A stretch of 64,000 nucleotides of DNA, from contig CM082591.2 in the NCBI GenBank assembly GCA_040954595.2, positions 5,425,009 to 5,489,008 of the forward strand, given 5' to 3'. This document shows, piece by piece, positions 1 through 14,500 of the stretch. A program made the position numbers and the translations under genes. Under the pieces are notes generated by a model, which made no database searches, had not been told where the DNA came from, and saw only the letters and a list, made by a program, of their open reading frames with translations. Source of the stretch: Balanoglossus misakiensis (taxonomy: Eukaryota; Animalia; Hemichordata). How positions within the stretch are numbered: the stretch's first letter is position 1; each line of letters starts with the position of its first letter.

Positions 1-594
1 ACAAGTTCACCGCAGACATTTTGTAATGTTTGTTTAACTTTAAGACTGTTTTGTGAAGTAACAATTACCTGCCTGCAAGATACATGAGAGTGACACCTAA
101 TTCTCCAAAATAAACCTTTTCAAACTTTCATTCGTTTTTTAATACAAGAATGAGCATTTTGCTGAAGGATATTCTGTAGATGCATAATCATTAATGCGTA
201 CTTTTATTTCATGACATGCAAACTCTTTTACACAAACCAAACCTACGCAGCGGAACAAAATCTGATAAAGTCCATGTACATTGTTTTGGAAACACACAAA
301 AAACACAAAAACATCAGTGTCCACGACTGAATAGCCAGGTTTCAACTTATTTTATGCATGACGGGATCGCTCGTCAAACGCTCCAATTTGCTCGGACAAA
401 AGCGTACTTGAAAGGGAAAGTTTCTTTATTTACCATGCAAAACACATTATCTCGCTTTTCCACACTATCCAAGTTACGCAGAAAGTTTCCTGGGGGATTT
501 CCCGTTTGCCTGATGTAATCTGAAATGCCTGAGCTAAGTGAGAGAGAATTTTATAATATGTGGGTTACAAAGCAAGGTTTCACCAGCTAACTTA

Positions 595-800
595 CTGTAA
601 AACGGATTATTTTTGCGAGCAATTAATTTCCGCGAAATACACGAGACCTAAAAAAAACGTTAAAATAAAAAGTCGCGTAAAAGAATTTTTCGGAGATAAC
701 GATGCAGTGAAATCGAGAACACGAAAACTAATCCTCGCATAACAGTTGCCACTTTTGATATCGCGAACATTTCCTGTCGTGAAAATAACCTGTTTTACAG
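595..800. mobile_element. TA-flanked MITE (family A, CTGTAAAA...TTTTACAG termini), diverged copy in opposite orientation to the 11301 and 62277 copies
   Basis: Termini ctgtaaaacggattatttt / aaaataacctgttttacag with TA on both sides; the interior (aaaataaaaagtcgcg, aacgatgcagtgaaat) is the reverse complement of the family A interior. Confidence 0.8.
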
Positions 801-944
801 TAGGTACCTGACTTGAGTCGAAAAGCCCTTTGCTGTCACGGCTGAACTGCTCTGAAAATCAATTGCAGATTGGTGTACTGTGACCAGAAATAGAACCATG
901 TGCATTGAATGACCACTGTCTTTGTGGTGTGGTTGCAAAGATAT

Positions 945-1043
945 TGTGTAAACCCATTTCACGCGACTTTTTATTTTCACGTTTTTCTAGCTCTCGCGTA
1001 TTTCGCAGAAATTTATCGCTCGGGAAAATAACCCGTTTTACAG
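945..1043. mobile_element. Partial family A MITE (one end only)
   Basis: acgcgactttttattttcacg...aaaataacccgttttacag-ta matches the 3' half of the 11301-11508 element; left boundary approximate. Confidence 0.7.
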
Positions 1044-3076
1044 TATATGTAGATTGTATGTCCACACGCTGAACTGACGGGTATATTATTTCATTGAGAA
1101 ATACAAACACAGGACACAATGCCCCCACTTAAAAGTAGCTACTCTCTCCCTTTCTGAGTGCAAATAATGGCACATCTGCACACTTCAGAAGCTTGGCCAT
1201 GAAAACATTCAAATGGGGAGTTAATCTGCACCAAGGTCACTTTGTGGAATTCAAGTGACTTTTTGACAGCTCCAACTTGACATTGGTCTGCCTTGACAAA
1301 TCGCAGGTGCTTTTCAAGTGGGTGCGTGTGTGTGTACATGTACATGTATGTGAAAAATGACAGTCATGTTTTTGGATGTTCGCGTGGGTCTGCGCAGAAG
1401 AACGACAAAAATGATAATTGTAATTTACCTTAAAAGATTCACAAAGCCAATTTGGAGAAATTCAGGTCTAAATTTTGGACAATTGTAATCAAATCAAGCT
1501 AAATATATCTTAATTCAATCTTCTTCGTCTTAAATTTCTTTAAATACATACAATCATCCAAAAACAGTGGTATTTTTCCTTTCTCAGAACTATGATTGTA
1601 TGAATTTATTTTAGTCAATTGCAATCAAGTTAGAATATTTTTGAATTCATCGTTACTTGTTATAAATTGCTGAAATCCAATTATCCCCCAAAAAGTGTAG
1701 GTTTTCCTCTTCAGAACTATGAAATGTACAATAAATACTTGGAACATTTGGAAACCATAGTCCAGGCAAAGAAACGAACATGTGGACAGACAAGGGGAAT
1801 TTAATAATAGTCTAGGCATATCCCTATCCTGCCATCCACATGGAAATTGAACCCTATTTAATGACGGGTGAAAGGTCCTCCTTTCTAACTACAGGCCACT
1901 GTGTCCCAGATGCTCAGCAGTGACAATTGACGCCTTCACTGTACATGTTGAAAACGCATATAGTCGGGGTTATACCACTCCTAAAAATACTGTCTATAAA
2001 ATAAACCAGTAGGCTAGCACATGTGTAGTTAATTGTTTTTCCATTCATCTAGCGTACAGCTCACTAACGCAGCAAGATGGAAAATTATGTTTCAAAGAAG
2101 TTACTGTACATAGAAAAATGCGAGGGCAACTTATAATGCACAACATGTATGTGGTAAAATTTGTACCTGTCAAAATATTTCCATCTACAGACCAGAAGAT
2201 CATGAAAATGTCACTTGACTGACCTCACCATTAGAAATTCTATAATTCTGCAAGAAGCAATTCTAACTTCAGTTTCTTGACTATCTGTTGCAGCAAGTTC
2301 AAATGTCCACTTGTCAATAACATCATGAAATGCCAAGTATTTGGGTTCTCAACACAGAATGGAAATGTACTGGTATTAAAATTCTGTGGTCGGCAATTTT
2401 GTAATTGTTGACAATTAAATGTTAATCAAATACAATGCAATGCAAGGCCTACACTGAAAACCATATACCCGGTAATTCAAGTATATGAACGTGCAATTAC
2501 CTAATGCAATTAGACATTTTAAAAGAAATCATCAAAAGTCATGGTTGTTGTCCATTTCAAGTTTTGACACTACCTCACAAGTACTACAAAGAACTTTGTT
2601 TTTATATTGAGTACTGGTGCCATTACACTAGACACCCACAACAGGCAGAACAGTTTGCCTTGTTCTGCACCATGGCCCTAAAACAACAGCCACACAGAGA
2701 ACGTCAATATTTATAATTTGGTCTCCTGAAATAATTTTCCACCCATTAGCCCTTAATTGGCCAAGCCCTGGTTCTCCAACAAGCTCAGAGTCCACACCCC
2801 TAAGGCTCGGACCAGCTCTGCATGTGTTTGTTTATATTTGTGGAATGTACTATGATATCAACACAGCCAAAGGGGCGTGCAGGGTTAGTGTTCTTAGGGA
2901 AAATGTGTCTGTGGAGATGAAAGGGAATTGACTTTCTAATTATGTTGTTTTCACCGGGGGACTAGACATGCTCTGGGTGGTCAGTGTTCTACATGTACTG
3001 AATATCGCGGCGAGACTTGTAAATGAAGGGAATGTGTTCTAGTATGCCCTGGCCATCATTCCAGTATGCCCTGGCC

Positions 3077-3155
3077 TAGTCTAGAATCCAGACTAGTGTG
3101 CTTTTTCGCTATGCTCCACACATCGAAAAAATATACGAGTCTGAATTCTAGACTA
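3077..3155. mobile_element. 79-bp hairpin (foldback) element with 9-bp target-site duplication
   Basis: tagtctagaatccagact...agtctgaattctagacta inverted arms; gccctggcc is directly repeated at 3068-3076 and 3156-3164. Confidence 0.75.
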
Positions 3156-4577
3156 GCCCTGGCCACACATCTCACAGAAACCGAGTAGTCTCAAATTTAC
3201 ACTGTAGTGTGATGTGCAAACATTTCAAGTTCATAATGGATTTTATTACACACAGGGGTATAACTTATAAGAATATACAGCTGAAATATAGATTCTTAAT
3301 GATCAGAATTTCTGTGTTCAACAGAGAGGCATCCATCACCCTGTTCCATTATTTTCATGTTGTGCTGCGGTCGAGTACAAGCAACTGGGCAAACAGCCAT
3401 TTGCTTTGGGCTGATGTGATGGTGGCGTTGGTGTTTGTACATCACCATGCATCCATCAAGTCATGATCTCGCTCGCAGCCACTTGAAGCTGCCAGATAAA
3501 CTCCACGCATGCTTTCGAGTAATTACACGAAAACAGCCTCCGGGCAGGAAGACTCGACTGACTGTCGAAGCTTTACGGTCAGATCTCGAGTTTCAAAAAG
3601 GAGCAAAAAATGGAAATCTTGAGAAAAAAACCTGGATCACATCCAGTGTTTTACACATACATGTATTTGCTTTATTTACACATGTAACACTTTTATGACT
3701 TGTCCGTTGAGTGATTGGTATTTCGATGACCTTTGACCCGACCTCTCGTGTTGACTCAGTCAATGCCAACCTCATTTCCTCGTTGCACGAAAAATTTCCT
3801 TTTTTTCATTTTTCGAGTCCTGTCCTAAATATTACAGGCACCATGTCAAACATTGGGGTTTAGAATTAACAGTACAATAACTATACATGTATATCACTTT
3901 CAAACTTTCCATTTCAATATTTTTTGAAAATCTAACAGTGCATTGTGTGACTGAAGTGTATCACCCAGCTCTTGAAGTTGATGGTAAACTTTTGAATTCT
4001 GATGATATCAACTCCCCCAATGTCACCATATGTGGGTCATCTAAGCTCCACTGAAAACAATGACACCGCAGTCAACCAGGCAGGTGATAGGGTCAAGTAC
4101 GTTACACAGGTTGTTTTCAATTCAGAACTATCTGTGATGATGTTAATACTGTGCCTCAGTCAGGTTCTACAAATGTGGGTATAAACGGGTACGACTTCTT
4201 GCCAGAGAAGAGTGTGTATGGCTTTGACTTTTAGTGAAACTGAATGTATCTGGTGTCTAACACTTGTGGTAAATGCTGATTGATTTATAGCAGTTAACAT
4301 GTAAAGCACTTGTTGCAACTGTTTGTATGTTTCACTGAAAAAGTTGTCCCATTTGCCATTATTTTCCTCATCGATAAATGCTGAACCGCAGGTATAGACT
4401 GTAAATTATTTCCCTCCGGAATTTGTCAATGAGGGTGGAACCACAATAATGTCTATAGATAGTGGCCTTTGTCCCTTTAATGAATGCTGTAACCTAGCAG
4501 GAGGTCACGGACTGGTCAATGACTTGTACTGTTCACAGACAGCACAGTTTTACTATCAGTGCATGTACTTTACTGTA

Positions 4578-4662
4578 CAGTGAAAACTGTCTATTGAGGA
4601 CACCTCTGGGACCAGAAAATATGTCCTTATTAGAGAGGTGTCCATAATAACAGGTTTCACTG
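4578..4662. mobile_element. TA-flanked Tc1/pogo-type MITE (family B, CAGTGAAA...TTTCACTG)
   Basis: TIRs cagtgaaaactgt / acaggtttcactg, internal ggacacctct / agaggtgtcc inverted pair, TA flanks. Related decayed copies at ~8900-9048, 12824-12977, ~42500-42662 and ~53640-53779. Confidence 0.7.
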
Positions 4663-6051
4663 TACTATCCTTCAACTACTAGTACTGTCAAAAGGCTATA
4701 CAATGTACCACAAGAACCAGCCCCATTCTGCACTCTGCTATCCCAGTTGGAGATGATCTTATTTGCATTTCAGCGAGACAAAGTAACACGCTCTGAAAGG
4801 AGAAACAAACTGTTGCTCTCGGCGAATATCAACGATTATCGCAGGGGAGTCTGAATTCTATTTTTGGTGAAAACAAAGTTGACATGACTGTGTGCTTGTG
4901 GTGAACAATGCAATTTAATTAATCTCCTTTCGTGTTTCATTGATGTCTTCACAAGGCATTTAATTGAGCTTCACAGAAATACCTTACAGAAAAGACATGT
5001 AATCCCTACTGTGTGAGCTTTCGTCAAAATGTCATGAAGAAACTGACGTGGATAGATTTGCGATATGAACATTTATGCATAAGGAATGCAATGCTAAAAC
5101 CACTTGCTACTTATGAATGATGTTATATATAGGTCAAATTTCATCTCATTCAATCACATTCTGTATTGCCATACTAAATTGAACGCTTCCATGATTGCAA
5201 TGACCTTTCATACATCTGACCCACTACTAGCGAGTTTATCAGATATCTGTACACATGTAATATGAAATTGCTCTCACAATGAAGTGAAAGTTACAATTTT
5301 ACACCGTGATGCGTGATATTATAATAATTGTAGTTTTTTTTTTAACTTTGCTAGAAAGTGTTAAGTTCCCTTTTTTAAAACTGGCACTTCACATTAATTA
5401 TCTTTATACTAGTAGCAGGTAGAGGTTTGTAGGTTACAATAATTTCAAAATGTTTTCCAGTGTGTTGATTACTAGTAATGTACATGGTACTGGCCAGTGT
5501 GTTGAATACCGTAACCTGTTTGACCTTGATTTGCACTTTCAGGATATTTCACTTCGGAAATTTCCTAAAGTCACAATTCTCCAAGATCTTTCTGTCACGA
5601 TATTCGTACACACAGGTGTGCAACTGAAGAGTGCCGTTAAGTGATACTAGTAGCAGATCAAAGACGCTACCTTGAAGCCATTTGTTGCCCCACACAATAC
5701 GCCATAATCTCATTTACATCACGGTAACAATTGGATGGAAAATGAACAATCGACTTTGTGGCTCACCGTCTATAACGACGTCTTCTTGGTATTAAAACGA
5801 TACAGTAAGACGAATATGTTGTCTGTTGTGACGAGGCATGCCTTAGAAGGAAAATATTTCCTAACGCCCTGCTGTTACAGTTGTAGTTGTACAAATGCAA
5901 ATTGACATAACCTCAATACGTCGCCGTTGTGTTGTTTTCCCGTGAGGGAAGCCATATAACTCGATGCCAGACGGCGAGAGAGTGAAACAGGTATGCCTAG
6001 ATGTTAGAAAGATTATAGCTCATTGCGGTGGAAATGACCGATCGTACATAC

Positions 6052-6178
6052 CTCTTAGAAAAATGGGCTCACTGTGAGAAAGAAAAACATGCCCTTTTAG
6101 AGTGTCTCCCAGTCGGTAGACGCCTTTGTGATCGTGCAAAACTATAGAAAATGCTCCCGGTCTGGCCGTTCGGGACAT
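6052..6178 (-). CDS. First coding exon of an alpha-arrestin (arrestin domain-containing, ARRDC/TXNIP-like) gene; the rest of the gene probably lies left of the window
   Basis: Translation MSRTARPGAFSIVLHDHKGVYRLGDTLKGHVFLSHSEPIFLR(G) fits the Arrestin_N start pattern (F.I.....VY..GD.L.G.V.L...EP...RG). The exon ends at the donor AGAG|gtatgt (6051) in phase 1. Too short for the ORF track. No downstream exon was found in 1-6050. Confidence 0.72.
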
Positions 6179-6900
6179 CTTCTGCCTCCTCTAAAAGCTC
6201 TCATGAAGAGATTCACATCCCCAGCAAGCGTTACGTTCCTGTTTTCATGCCGAAAATTGACGGTAAATACACGAAATCCAAGTTTGAACTTTTCACGGTC
6301 CAGAGAGTCGACCTCAATGATCCTGAAGTGGTGTTTGGGTGCGATTTTGTTCACATTCAGATTCAAATTCATTTATGTTGACACGCTTGAACAAAGTTCA
6401 GTTCTGTTTCCGTTCATTATTGCCTTTAAAATATCTTTCTACATTGAAAAATGTCATAGTTGGAATTATAAATCTTATTTATAGCTGAAATAATTAAAAT
6501 AATCTCAATAAGTGTCACTGATTATGGGTAATTAAATTAACACGCACGTATCCGAACTCGAATATGCAGCTAAACTAGACCAGACTGAAGTAGAGCGTGG
6601 TTGTTTATGGCTTCGCTACTCCACTTGAGTCCATTGGGTCACACGCTGTCAGCTTGTGAAATGTACAGCTGTATTACAGTATTACACAAACACGGCAGAA
6701 ATGAACAACGATCAAAATAATATTCTGTAATTTTCGTTTAATTAGTAAAAGCCCGCATTCGATTCCTCCGTTAATGTAATTAAACAGAACTTTTAAATCT
6801 AATTAATTTCCCGGAATGATGATATAAAATTTATTTATTTTATTCAGCTGTATGTCAATCTCTCATCCCGACAAGAATCGATATCATGAACCCAGAAAAA

Positions 6901-7010
6901 CACAGGCTCTGGAATACCAATGACTGGGGCCTGATTTAACATGTAAATAAATTTCTTATTTTATGTGTTGAATCAGGCCCCAGTTTTATAGTGGTATTCC
7001 AGACTGTGCA
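6901..7010. repeat. ~110-bp imperfect palindrome (foldback element) between the divergent ARRDC-like and ROPN1L starts
   Basis: tctggaatacca...actggggcctgatttaaca / tgttgaatcaggccccagt...tggtattccaga inverted arms; imperfect flanking repeat gaaaaacac/gagaaacac. Confidence 0.7.
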
Positions 7011-7265
7011 GAGAAACACGTCCAGAAAAATCTTTACCGTCTCTTATAGCTATGCAGACGAAATTGAAAAAAAAATATGCATAAAGACAATTTAAAAACT
7101 CCAGTAAATGAGGAAAACTCCGTAAAAAGTAATTGGTATGATGAAAATCGGTGTTAGCGTGCGCGCAGACAGTCTGCGTGAAAACAAAGGATTACAAATA
7201 ATCCTGTAGGTGGCGCTGTGTAATTCTTGACCTTTAACCTTTTGCGCGAGCACGATGCGCAGAGC

Positions 7266-7358
7266 GTTGCTAATCAACCAACCCGAAAACAAACGTTGAG
7301 AACGTCCAGTGAAGTTATCATCAAAATATAAAACTCAGCGCTTGTTCCTGGTTGATAG
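7266..7358 (+). promoter_or_regulatory. Putative ROPN1L promoter/non-coding first exon with an RFX X-box-like site
   Basis: CpG-richer patch; GTTGCTAATCAAC at 7266-7278; strong donor ATAG|gtaagt at 7358/7359; the next acceptor (8031) lies 6 nt before the ROPN1L ATG. Confidence 0.5.
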
Positions 7359-7935
7359 GTAAGTGTTTCTGTCTTTTATCATAGATATACTTATAATCTA
7401 TATTAACGTGTATCCATTGCATGGTTTATCCATGTTGTCTACTGTTGCTATGGGTGAAATTGACATCGAAGAAGATTTCGATTGAACCAAAACACAAACC
7501 ACATTGACAATCCGAGTACATTGTAGTGCTACAGATTACAGTGGCCCCATAAACTTAGTCGGAAAGACAGCCTGCTTTGAGCAGTTAGACTGAAGTTGAC
7601 AGTCGCTGGTGTCGCATAGATTGTCGCTGATAATTATTTTCATGTGGAAATGATATGGAATCTGGTTGCCAAGTCAACGCATGCAGACCAGTTTGTTGTG
7701 AAGGTGAATTCACATTGACACAAGTCACAACTTGACCTCGTCAAAAATAACGGTTGTGTCGCCATGGTTTCACGACAGGTCTTGTTTTCATAGCACGTCT
7801 GAATTGTTTTATACCTGTAATGGTGTACCGTTTTACCAACTGTGGTCCCAGAAAGTTGTTTCTTCCCACGAGGCATGACAAAACTAGGTAGACCAGTACA
7901 GTCTGCCCAGAAAATCATACTTGCCCTCAAGATGA

Positions 7936-10558
<2,623 letters not shown>

Positions 10559-11026
10559 ACGTATAACAGCATACATTATTTAACACTGACAATTTTTCCC
10601 TGTACTTTCAATCGTCCAAGGGTTTGAAAATGAAAAGACAAAAAAAGTTTGCGCAACAGTAAACGTCATCTCAAAGTTGGTGATGGACATCAGAGAGATA
10701 ATGACACAAAATACAGAAACACCTCTCTCCGTCTTGCATGGAATGTTTCAAAAGATTTTAGTTCATTTGGGGATTACTTGTACATAAGGTTCCTACAGCA
10801 AGGGTTTTAAAAAAAAGTGTTGTAAATAAAAGTATTTCAGTTAACAGAATGTACCATCAAACTATTTTTTAAGTTTCATGTTTTGTATTCCCGCTGTTTC
10901 TTCACACGTGTTTTGTCCTTTTGCATGGGAAGATATAAATAAAACACTTAAGTCTTGAAGATTGCATTGTGCACGGTGTTTGCTATTCCTGACTGTGTAA
11001 AAGAGCAGGCAGGGAAAATGTCTTAA

Positions 11027-11122
11027 CCCTTCACCCCCCCCCCCCCCCCCAGTTCCCTTTGTAGAGATCCAACTTTACCAAAGAAAACAATGGATTTGGA
11101 CCAAACCATGGTGGTGAAAGGG
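11027..11122. mobile_element. TTAA-flanked piggyBac-like MITE (family C, CCCT...AGGG)
   Basis: TTAA TSD on both sides, CCCT/AGGG termini; shared interior gtagag.tccaa.tttacc..agaaaacaatggatttgga also at 11886-11971 and 41115-41192. Confidence 0.75.
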
Positions 11123-11300
11123 TTAAACTTACAGATGGTTGTGTTTGACGACGTTCCTTGTGAATGACCAACGACCCTTTTTAATTCCTGACACAGCACG
11201 CTACACAACAGAAACTCAAAACAGCGATAAAGTTTGTATTATAAAGATCATCTTTAATGCATTGTATAAACTCAGCAAGGGCTGACTGTAAAATAAACTA

Positions 11301-11508
11301 CTGTAAAACACTTTATTTTCGCGAGTTAAATTTTTCGCGATATCGAGAGAGGCCACTGTTTCGCGAGTATTACTTTTCTCGTTCTCTTATTTCATTCACT
11401 GCAACGTTATCTTCAAGAACAATTTGCGCGACTTTTTATTTTCACGCTATTTTGGCTCTCGCGTATTTGGCGAAAATTAATTGCTCACGAAAATAAAGTG
11501 TTTTACAG
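11301..11508. mobile_element. 208-bp family A MITE, TA TSD, in the presumed 3' UTR of the sterol reductase
   Basis: TIR ctgtaaaacactttattttc / gaaaataaagtgttttacag; 8 substitutions by my count versus the copy at 62277-62484. Confidence 0.9.
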
Positions 11509-11560
11509 TATGTCATTGTACAGACTTCATCTCAGCAAACTAAAATGAAAACTCTCTCGT

Positions 11561-14500
11561 CTAGTAGACGTATGGAATGATGCGGTATTTGACCAAGCTG
11601 CAATAGTGATCCCAGTCCCGGCCGTACTTCTCCTTGCACTGGTGGCTGTCCCTGTACTCGCGGTGGACGAGCAAGACTATGAAGTAGATGGGATAAAACC
11701 ACGGCAGTATACTGTCAAAACCTGTCAACAGAAATCAAGAAAGGTAACTAACTTTTTTTTGCATCAGTGTTTCACTCACACACAGTTCGCACACACACAC
11801 AGCCATTTAAATTAACAAACCACAAGTCACATGACTTCTAATGTATGCATGACAAAATTCCTGTGACCTTTGCTCAGTGTTTATACCCTTTCACCCCTGT
11901 TTCCCTATGTAGAGGTCCAATTTTACCATAGAAAACAATGGATTTGGATCAAACCATTGGTAGTGACAGGGTTTACCATTGAACCCAGTTGTAAGAAATG
12001 TTTAATGATACCACATGTTACTAGAGGTTTATAGCTTGTAGTTATTTAGAAAACAGTCAATACATGTTTCAGCAAGTACCTATAGGGTTGAAAACTATAT
12101 ATGACTAATGACTTTTACTCACCACAAGGTAATGACCAGGATAGTGCCATCAGGATGTCGCCGAGATAATTGGGATGGCGAACCCATCCCCACCAACCAC
12201 TCACCAACAGACGACTTCCAGCTCGTGTTGGAATGCTCCTCAGATCTGTGGAGTGAAAAAGAATGACGCAGGTTTAGATAGGAGAAGGGGGTTACGTACA
12301 ATTTATCCCTACTCAGCATTCAGCAATGGATAACTGTGTTTAGGGCGAGGATCCCACATTCACATGTGTGGTCTAAAAGTGAGTAATAATTAGTGTAAGT
12401 ACTCGTTTTTTTATGCACATAGCCTAGAAATATATAAGACAGACAATTTTATTTAGGGGTGGGGATAGACACATTTGGACATGTTGTCTGTATGGCTAGA
12501 AGCAGACGTAAAACAGTTCAATTTCTATGATATCCTCAACATGAGTATCACAAATCAAGTACACACTTACGTTTTAACTTTGGATCATTCGGGTTTCTCC
12601 TGAAAGCATCTTTCTGTGAGTTCGCTCCTCGGAATATCGTAAACCCAGCCACTGTTGAAATGAATAAGGAAAGAAAAATCACATCAAACAAATCAACGCA
12701 GAGGAGATTAGAGTAAGGCAATTCTAAGCAGAGATGCAAGAGAGATCAAGACCCTTTATTCCCATACATAAGTCATGCTGTATATTTGTAATGTTGATAG
12801 GTGCGAAGACTATTAGACATGTAAGTCAAACCTGTGTTAGTGGCCACCTCTATACAGTGGCCACTTGATCACAGTCCCTGTGCTATAAACATGCATATTA
12901 ATATTGACCTGGCCACCTGTCTATAAAGGCCAGTTCAGGAAAGTCCCTTGACTGGCCACTATAGACAGGTTTCACTATACTCACATTTCAGTCCCACTAT
13001 GCCCACAATGGCCAGATTGGAGAGATGGACTGGGTGGTCCACTAAGTAACGTGCTTGCAGGCTGTACGTGAACGGCACCCAGGCCAGATCGCCAAACACC
13101 AACATGAAGCCAAAGCCGTCGTGGACTATGTCCATCGTAGTCAGAATGGACTTCTGTTGAACAGAAATACAGAAATGCTAGTTAAACCAGAGAAAGAGTA
13201 AATAATTTTGACATTAGTACGCTAAGTGTTGAGATTTTAGCTGCAATGAATGGAGTTTAGCTCTCATCTGACATGACCATTTTATTTTTCAAAATATCTG
13301 TTTCAAAACTGTGTGGAAACTGTGCATGGTATTCATCACTTACTTCAAACCACAGCGCATCTACCACGTACCAAGCTTGGAACAGACTGACTAACAAAAT
13401 GGCTGCCGTCGGCTGCTCACCCCTTTCATAGACCTTGAGTACCATTCCAAAATTTAACAGAACCTACAAAAAAAAAAATAGTATAGTTAATTATTTCTGA
13501 AATAGTAGATATTTGTTTCAAGAATCGCATAATTTATAATAATAACATAAAATTGACTCACCCAACCAATGAGACCAGGTCGCAGTTCACAGAAGTATTT
13601 GAGATCAAATTTTCCAATTCTAGGATTCAGTTCATGACCCATGAAGAAGTCGTACACAAAATACCCTGTGTAGGCGAAACATGCCATAAAGTTTTAATTA
13701 AACAACTGTATATGCCAGGGTTTTCCCACTGCATAGCTTTTGCCTCAAGTCGGCCATCTTTGCCCGAAGATTTTTCGATAGTATTTCCCCAGACCCTCTG
13801 TCTGGAGTGCCCAACGGAAGAAGCAGAGGAGTCTGGGTAACCGAGACTAACATTACCTGAGTTTCCTCTAGGGCCAATGGCTGACTGCGGTCCCAGAGCA
13901 GCCTTGATGTACAGAAACAGACTCAGCAGATATGAAAATATGATAGCGGTGGTAGCCAGGTGGAGATATTTGTCATAGAGTATGTGCAGTGGGTACTTGT
14001 AGTACACGCCGACTCCGAACACCGCAAAGCTCACCAGGACTGCGTAAAACGCTGAAAACCAAACATAGAATAGCCATGGCTGTAGCAAAGTTGACATTTT
14101 GGTTTTTCATCCTCTTAACACTGTATCTTCTTAGAGGGTTATTTTTTTCAATATGGTGAGCAAAAGTGAGTGGATGTGTATTGTACAAGAAACATTATGT
14201 ATTACTTGACCTGTCTATAAAGGCCACATGTTTCTAAGTGGCAGTTTAGGAAATTTAGCCCCCCCCCCCCCAAAAAAAAAAAAAAAAAAAAAGAACACCC
14301 TTATTTGGTGTGGGAGCTCTCCCTGTTAATCTAGTGTTCATGACAAGGCACTGCAATTAACCACTTGACTAACTTTGGCTTAGTATCAGCCAGCACATCT
14401 AACCTACAAGGCAATGGCCATGTGCAAAAATAAATATCTAAGAGCCTGTGTTAGAAATGTGATGGCTCACATGGATACTGTGAAAGGTTACTCACCGTTT

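Noticed and set aside
1843-1908. Minus-strand sequence with A-box-like (TGGCCTGTAGTTAG) and B-box-like (GGTTCAATTTCC) motifs
   Set aside because: Does not fold into a convincing cloverleaf; at best a decayed tRNA-derived SINE head, not a tRNA gene.
6128-6484. 118-aa and 76-aa plus-strand ORFs
   Set aside because: Antisense to the alpha-arrestin first exon and leader; no recognisable motif or splice support.
13627-14097. 156-aa ORF as a stand-alone protein
   Set aside because: It is one sterol reductase exon (14051-13857) read through into flanking introns.
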